Part shown: positions 27,341-32,000 of the stretch, one piece after another | Numbering within the stretch: position 1 is the first letter of the stretch | How the letters are laid out: each line of letters begins with the position of its first letter | Assembly: GCF_000018105.1 (NCBI RefSeq) | Contig: NC_009925.1 | Span: 4,170,001-4,202,000, forward strand | DNA length: 32,000 nucleotides | DNA from: Acaryochloris marina MBIC11017 | Lineage (GTDB): Bacteria > Cyanobacteriota > Cyanobacteriia > Thermosynechococcales > Thermosynechococcaceae | Direction: 5' to 3' | Made by a program: the position numbers and the translations under genes | The notes under the pieces: generated by a model | What the model was told of the DNA's origin: nothing | What the model saw: only the letters and a program-made list of their open reading frames with translations | Databases searched by the model: none

Positions 27341-27356
27341 ATAGACTCTAATCTAT
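27341..27356. promoter_or_regulatory. ATAG-N8-CTAT dyad (LysR-type box, candidate NdhR/CcmR-like site) upstream of sbtA
   Basis: The sequence ATAGACTCTAATCTAT lies at 27341-27356. A half-site-like AATAGACT also occurs at 27309-27316. The site is about 200 nt upstream of the sbtA GTG. Confidence 0.35.
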
Positions 27357-27518
27357 TTAGGGCAACTACAGAACAGCATCTCCTTTCAACAGGGTTTAGA
27401 GAATGGCCATCTCTGAAACGCCTATAGGCTTTGGTGTAACACCTGCTGCTGTAGGGAGGATGAAGCGCTTCGTCCTAACTTTCTTCAACCTTTAATAGCT
27501 CACTAATCACATTCACCA

Positions 27519-27545
27519 CTCCTCCTGAGAGGAGGAAGAAGGAGG
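27519..27545 (+). promoter_or_regulatory. Anti-SD / SD-like hairpin immediately upstream of the sbtA ribosome-binding site
   Basis: TCCTCC (27520-27525) can pair with GGAGGA (27531-27536) across a TGAGA loop. Alternatively, CCTCC can pair with the real SD, GGAGG (27541-27545), which lies 9 nt before the GTG at 27555. Confidence 0.3.
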
Positions 27546-27554
27546 TATTTTAAA

Positions 27555-28649
27555 GTGGAATTTTTGACCAATTTTATGACGCTCTTCCTGTCGAAGTTGC
27601 AGTCGCCAACCCTAGGCTTCCTGATCGGTGGTATGGTCGTTGCCGCCGTCCATAGCCGCCTACAAATCCCCGATGCGATCTACAAGTTCATCGTCTTTAT
27701 GCTGCTGATCAAAGTCGGTCTGAGCGGTGGGATTGCGATTCGCAATGCCAATTTAGCGGAAATGCTATTGCCTGCAGTGTTCGCCATGATAGTAGGGATC
27801 TTGATCGTGTTTATCGGGCGCTATACCTTAGCGAAGATGCCAAACGTCAAAACCGTTGATGCCATTGCCACCGCAGGTTTGTTCGGTGCCGTTAGTGGTT
27901 CTACCCTTGCCGCCGCCCTGACGTTACTGGAAACAGAAGGTATCACCTACGAACCCTGGGCCGCCGCCCTCTATCCCTTTATGGATATCCCAGCCTTGGT
28001 GACGGCGATCGTCTTGGCGAGTGTTTATCTCAGTAAGCAGCGTGATTTCGCAGATGAACCCCTGAGCAAGCAGGAGTATCTCGGCACTCCAGGCGGTACC
28101 GCCGTCGAGTATCGGCGTAAGCAACGCAGTACTGCCCCCAAGCGGGTTAAAGTATGGCCCATTATCAAGGACAGCCTTCAAGGCTCTGCCCTATCAGCCC
28201 TGCTGCTGGGCCTCGCTTTAGGTATACTTACACGGCCAGAAAGTGTTTATGAGAGTTTCTTTAATCCCCTCTTTCGCGGCCTGCTTTCGATCCTAATGTT
28301 GGTTATGGGGATGGAGGCAACGGCCAGAATCAGCGAGTTGCGTAAGGTGGGCCAGTGGTATGCCCTATATGCCTTTGTGGGGCCGCTTGTTCATGGGTTG
28401 ATTGCTTTTGGACTTGGTTGGATTGCCCATATCATCACAGGATTTAGCCCCGGCGGCTGTGTGATTCTAGCCGTTATCGCGTCTTCCAGTTCAGATATCT
28501 CAGGGCCGCCCACGTTACGGGCGGGTATTCCGTCAGCGAATCCCTCCGCTTATATCGGCTCGTCCACTGCCGTCGGCACACCGGTTGCACTGGCTTTGGG
28601 AATCCCCCTCTACATCGGACTTGCCCAAGCGCTGATGGGGGGGAGCTGA
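27555..28649 (+). CDS. sbtA: Sodium-dependent bicarbonate transporter SbtA
   Basis: 364 aa. It is near-collinear with Synechocystis SbtA as I remember it (MEFLTNFMTLFLSKLQSPTLGFLIGGMVVAA, GLFGAVSGST, YPFMDIPALVTAIV). The GTG start has a GGAGG SD. Confidence 0.93.
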   Translation: MEFLTNFMTLFLSKLQSPTLGFLIGGMVVAAVHSRLQIPDAIYKFIVFMLLIKVGLSGGIAIRNANLAEMLLPAVFAMIVGILIVFIGRYTLAKMPNVKTVDAIATAGLFGAVSGSTLAAALTLLETEGITYEPWAAALYPFMDIPALVTAIVLASVYLSKQRDFADEPLSKQEYLGTPGGTAVEYRRKQRSTAPKRVKVWPIIKDSLQGSALSALLLGLALGILTRPESVYESFFNPLFRGLLSILMLVMGMEATARISELRKVGQWYALYAFVGPLVHGLIAFGLGWIAHIITGFSPGGCVILAVIASSSSDISGPPTLRAGIPSANPSAYIGSSTAVGTPVALALGIPLYIGLAQALMGGS

Positions 28650-28677
28650 TGTCAGACAGGATCGACTCAGCGACTAA

Positions 28678-29094
<417 letters not shown>

Positions 29095-29164
29095 ATCAAG
29101 ACGACGCAGCTTCAAACAGTAAGAGCCGGTTGTTTGGGGCTGCATCCCCTCAAGATATTGATGC

Positions 29165-30542
29165 TAGTCCTAGATTTTGAAGATAACCCATCAGTTATGC
29201 AAAATTGTACAGACATCAGATAGTTTCAGAGAAACCCTCTTGTTCAAGATCCTTTCTCTGCCAATGCCAACTCCCAAAGCCACTCCTATTGAGCTATCAC
29301 AGCAACAACACCATTGTTTGCTACAAATTGTTCGACAAACCATCAATCCTTATCGCTTGGTGCGTCGAGCGAGCATCATCCTATCAGCCGCCTCAGGCAA
29401 AAGTAACACCCAGATTAGCCGTCAATGGCAACTCGACCGCAACCAAGTTCGCTATTGGCGTCAGCGCTGGGTAGATAACCAAGAGCGTCTTGCCCTTTGT
29501 GAGCAAGTAGACGACAGCAAACCAGCATTGAACCAGCAAGTGTTGGCGACCTTAACAGATGCCCCACGTCAAGGTGTCCCACCCACCTTTACCCCAGAGC
29601 AGGTGGTCCAAATTGTGGCCATTGCCTGTGAATCTCCTCAGAACTCAGCCCGGCCTGTGAGTCAATGGACGCCTGAAGAGATTGCTGATGAAGCGATTAA
29701 ACGCGGCATCGTCCCTCACCTGTCGGCCAGCAGTGTGAGACGTTTTTTGGGGAGAGGCTGAGCTGCAGCCTCATCGGAGTCGCTATTGGCTCAATGCTAA
29801 CCCTGAGGAACCAGAAGCGTTCGAGGCGAAAGTGCGCCAGGTTTGCCAACTGTATGAATCAGCAGCTGAACTGGAAGCTCACCAGATTCACCTTGTTAGT
29901 ACGGATGAAATGACTGGCATTCAGGCGCTTGAACGACTGCACCCAGACCAAGCTATGCAACCAGGTCAACCGCGTCGTTTGGAATTTGAATATGAGCGGC
30001 ATGGTACCCTCAGTCTCATCGCCAACTGGCATGTGGCTCTGGGAAAGGTGATTGCGCCTTCTATCGGACCCACGCGAAAAGAATTTGACTTTGCCAATCA
30101 TATTGCCAAGACAGTTGAAACAGCACCGGACGATGGGTGGGTTTTTCTGCTCGACCAGCTCAATACCCATCGATCTGCTTCCCTTGTGCGATGGGTCGCT
30201 GTCTGTTGCGGTATTGATTCAGATTTAGGCGTTAAGGGTCAATCTGGTATCCTTCAATCGATGGAAACTCACACGGCCTTCTTGAGCGACCCCAGCCATC
30301 GGATCCGATTTGTTTATATCCCCAAACATACCTCCTGACTCAATCAGATTGAATGCTGGTTTAGTATTTTGGTGCGTCGATTGATTCGTCGAGGAAATTT
30401 CACCTCCACGGATGATTTGCAACAGCGCATCCTCGATTTTATTGAATATTTCAATCACACTATGGCCAAACCTTTCCAGTGGCAATTTAAGGGATTCACG
30501 CCGCATGGATAACTGATGAACTATTTACAGATCTATGGACTA
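29165..30542 (+). mobile_element. IS630-family insertion sequence with flanking TA duplication
   Basis: The imperfect terminal inverted repeats are about 34 bp: TA|GTCCTAGATTTTGAAGATAACCCATCAGTTAT at the left and ATAACTGATGAACTATTTACAGATCTATGGAC|TA at the right. About 23-25 positions match by hand alignment. TA lies at both ends (29165-29166 and 30541-30542), and the element encloses a DDE transposase. Confidence 0.8.
29264..30512 (+). pseudogene. IS630-family transposase, disrupted (1-nt frame shift near 29743-29752 plus an in-frame TGA at 30336-30338)
   Basis: The N-terminal HTH part ends ...SVRRFLG, then the frame is lost in a T6G4 run. Removing one nt restores RRFLGEAELQPHRSRYWLN. Downstream, ...FVYIPKHTS*LNQIECWFSILVRRL continues in the same frame to PHG* at 30510-30512. 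The TGA sits where IS630 transposases have the conserved Trp of S-W-L-N-x-x-E. Confidence 0.8.
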
Positions 30543-30665
30543 GTGAAGTATTCATGGGCCGAGACCGATAGCCAAGGAGCGATTGAATCCCGTACTCCAC
30601 AATGATCCGTAGGCTGACGATGGTGCAACCTGATTGCCTCTCTAGTATCCTTCTCACAGACAACA

Positions 30666-30953
30666 ATGGTGACAATCATGAGCAAAGTTAAACATTCGCT
30701 GCAAGATTGCGATCTCAGTTGGTCCATCCATATCTATAACGGTCGTCACTTGATGGGCTCCCTTTACCCGTCCCATGCGTGGATCTTTTTACTGGGTGCA
30801 ACCTTGAGCGGACTAATTATTTTTGCCAGTTCTCAAGTGTCCAATTGTAGGGCTCAACCTTCAAACCTTGACTCCTCAACTCCATCTCCCACCCCAGGGT
30901 CATCTCCAACCCTACAGCCTTCTCAAGTCACTCCCTCGTTCCAAGTGGATTAG
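30666..30953 (+). CDS. Hypothetical small membrane protein (95 aa)
   Basis: Support is an ORF only. It has one hydrophobic helix (AWIFLLGATLSGLIIFA) and a Pro/Ser/Thr-rich tail. Internal ATGs such as 30678 are possible starts. Confidence 0.3.
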   Translation: MVTIMSKVKHSLQDCDLSWSIHIYNGRHLMGSLYPSHAWIFLLGATLSGLIIFASSQVSNCRAQPSNLDSSTPSPTPGSSPTLQPSQVTPSFQVD

Positions 30954-31007
30954 TGCCCAAAATCTTGATATTAAGGGGGACTTGCTGGCTAGCTTATGAT
31001 GCAAGGG

Positions 31008-31880
31008 CTAAGGCTGCATAAACAGTTGAATGACACCCGTAATGTTGTCATTGCCATATCCTTGTGCGATCGCATCCTGATACACATTTTGAACTGCCTT
31101 CAAAGTGGGCATCGGCTCCTCGACAGCATTTTTTGCTAGCTCCAGTCCATATCGAATATCTTTCTCGACTAAAGAAATTGGGAATAAAGGGGCATGGGCA
31201 TGGGTAATCATCAGATTACCGGCCCCTTGCACCGCTGGGCTGGTCACTGGCAGTTCCTTTAGTGTCGCCATAACCTGGTTGAGAGGTATACCCTGCTGAT
31301 TTAACAGGCTGATGATTTCGGCGACAGCAGCCACTTGCACCCCAAATAAGGCATTGACCGCCAGCTTCATCGCCATACTCTGCCCCACGGTTCCCACATG
31401 ATGAATTCTGGAGCTGGAGGCTGATAAAACATCTTGAACCTTGGCCAGAACTGGGGCTTTTCCGCCAACTAAGTAAATCAGTTGTTGAGCTTCGGCTTGG
31501 GGTCGGGAGCCGACCACGGGAGCTGCGAGAAAGGCAGCCCCACGCTGTTCAATTTCTGTTGCTAAGGTTTGGGTATGGCCCACCGTTAGGGAGCTAGATT
31601 CAATGGCAATGGCCTCTGGGGCTAACCCCTGGGCTGCCCCAGTTTCAGGATCTAACCAAACTGCTTGGGATGCTGGGTCATCCGTTACCATACTGATCAC
31701 AATCGAGGCTTGGACCGCCGCTTCTTGCGGGGAATCCGCTGCCATTGCCCCTGCTTGAACGAGGGTGTGCACAGCTTGGGGAGATCGGTTCCAGACAATC
31801 ACTTCATAGCCTGCTGCGAGCAAATTGATGGCCACGCGGGAACCCATTGCGCCTAACCCTAAAATCGCAATCTTGTTCAT
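31008..31880 (-). CDS. NAD(P)-dependent oxidoreductase, 3-hydroxyisobutyrate / 6-phosphogluconate dehydrogenase-like
   Basis: 290 aa. It has an N-terminal Rossmann motif (KIAILGLGAMGSRVAINL...VWNRS) and a HIBADH-type core (GGKAP..., MKLAVN, LVEKDIRYGLELA). Confidence 0.85.
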   Translation of the reverse strand: MNKIAILGLGAMGSRVAINLLAAGYEVIVWNRSPQAVHTLVQAGAMAADSPQEAAVQASIVISMVTDDPASQAVWLDPETGAAQGLAPEAIAIESSSLTVGHTQTLATEIEQRGAAFLAAPVVGSRPQAEAQQLIYLVGGKAPVLAKVQDVLSASSSRIHHVGTVGQSMAMKLAVNALFGVQVAAVAEIISLLNQQGIPLNQVMATLKELPVTSPAVQGAGNLMITHAHAPLFPISLVEKDIRYGLELAKNAVEEPMPTLKAVQNVYQDAIAQGYGNDNITGVIQLFMQP

Positions 31881-31902
31881 ATTTGATTTTTCCTCAACGT
31901 CT

Positions 31903-32000
31903 CTAGCTCATCGCCTCGAAGTCATCTACTCGGAGCTTAGCGGTACCATCGGCCTGGAGAACCCAAAGCTCTTTATGAATCACCCCTTGAGCGTTATTCA
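31903..32000 (-). CDS. 3' end of an unidentified gene running off the window
   Basis: The minus-strand frame reads ...NNAQGVIHKELWVLQADGTAKLRVDDFEAMS and ends in a stop (TAG at 31903-31905). It is open to the window edge and too short to classify. Confidence 0.3.
   Translation of the reverse strand, partial: NNAQGVIHKELWVLQADGTAKLRVDDFEAMS

Noticed and set aside
26853-27554. A possible hidden gene or sRNA in the 700-bp spacer upstream of sbtA
   Set aside because: Only very short ORFs are present, for example a 24-codon one from 27159. I saw no convincing terminator hairpin or conserved RNA motif. I report only the dyads and the leader hairpin.
29743-29752. The T6G4 run as a programmed ribosomal frameshift site of the IS630 transposase
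   Set aside because: Restoring the frame needs a +1 shift, not the -1 slippage usual for IS elements, and the site is not an A-AAA-AAG-type heptamer. I keep it only as a minor alternative in the IS finding.
30336-30338. The in-frame TGA in the transposase as selenocysteine or Trp recoding
   Set aside because: TGA is used as an ordinary stop by several well-supported genes in this window, for example sbtA and sbtB. I saw no SECIS-like hairpin just downstream. A simple TGG-to-TGA mutation in a mobile element that also carries a frameshift is the economical reading.

Overview
This is a cyanobacterial chromosomal segment. The assignment rests on at least 8 perfect HIP1 octamers (GCGATCGC), an sbtA-sbtB bicarbonate-uptake pair, an sqdX-like gene and an HpsJ-family gene. 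Most of the window is ordinary housekeeping: M24B aminopeptidase, ffh, GNAT, an RraA-family protein, a Delta9-type desaturase, mfd, ung, alkB, a P450, a HIBADH-like dehydrogenase and three EamA/DMT permeases. Between these lie AT-richer islets of small orphan genes at 7998-9719, 16993-18436 and 26340-26852. Two genes in the first islet are visibly decayed. A disrupted IS630-family element sits just downstream of sbtB. Two loci deserve a second look. (1) At 11185-12180, a secreted protein whose mature part is essentially 12 cysteine-containing (N/D)PCAAK repeats is followed by a secreted YHS-domain protein, and the pair lies behind a ~420-bp AT-rich control region. (2) At 21052-24690, five tightly packed genes are built around a fusion of a di-heme ferric-reductase-like membrane domain with a cytoplasmic Rieske [2Fe-2S] domain. 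This cluster also includes a Cys-motif protein of unknown function and a DMT permease. I found no rRNA, tRNA or CRISPR array and no recognisable defence system. All family assignments come from motifs read by eye, not from database searches.
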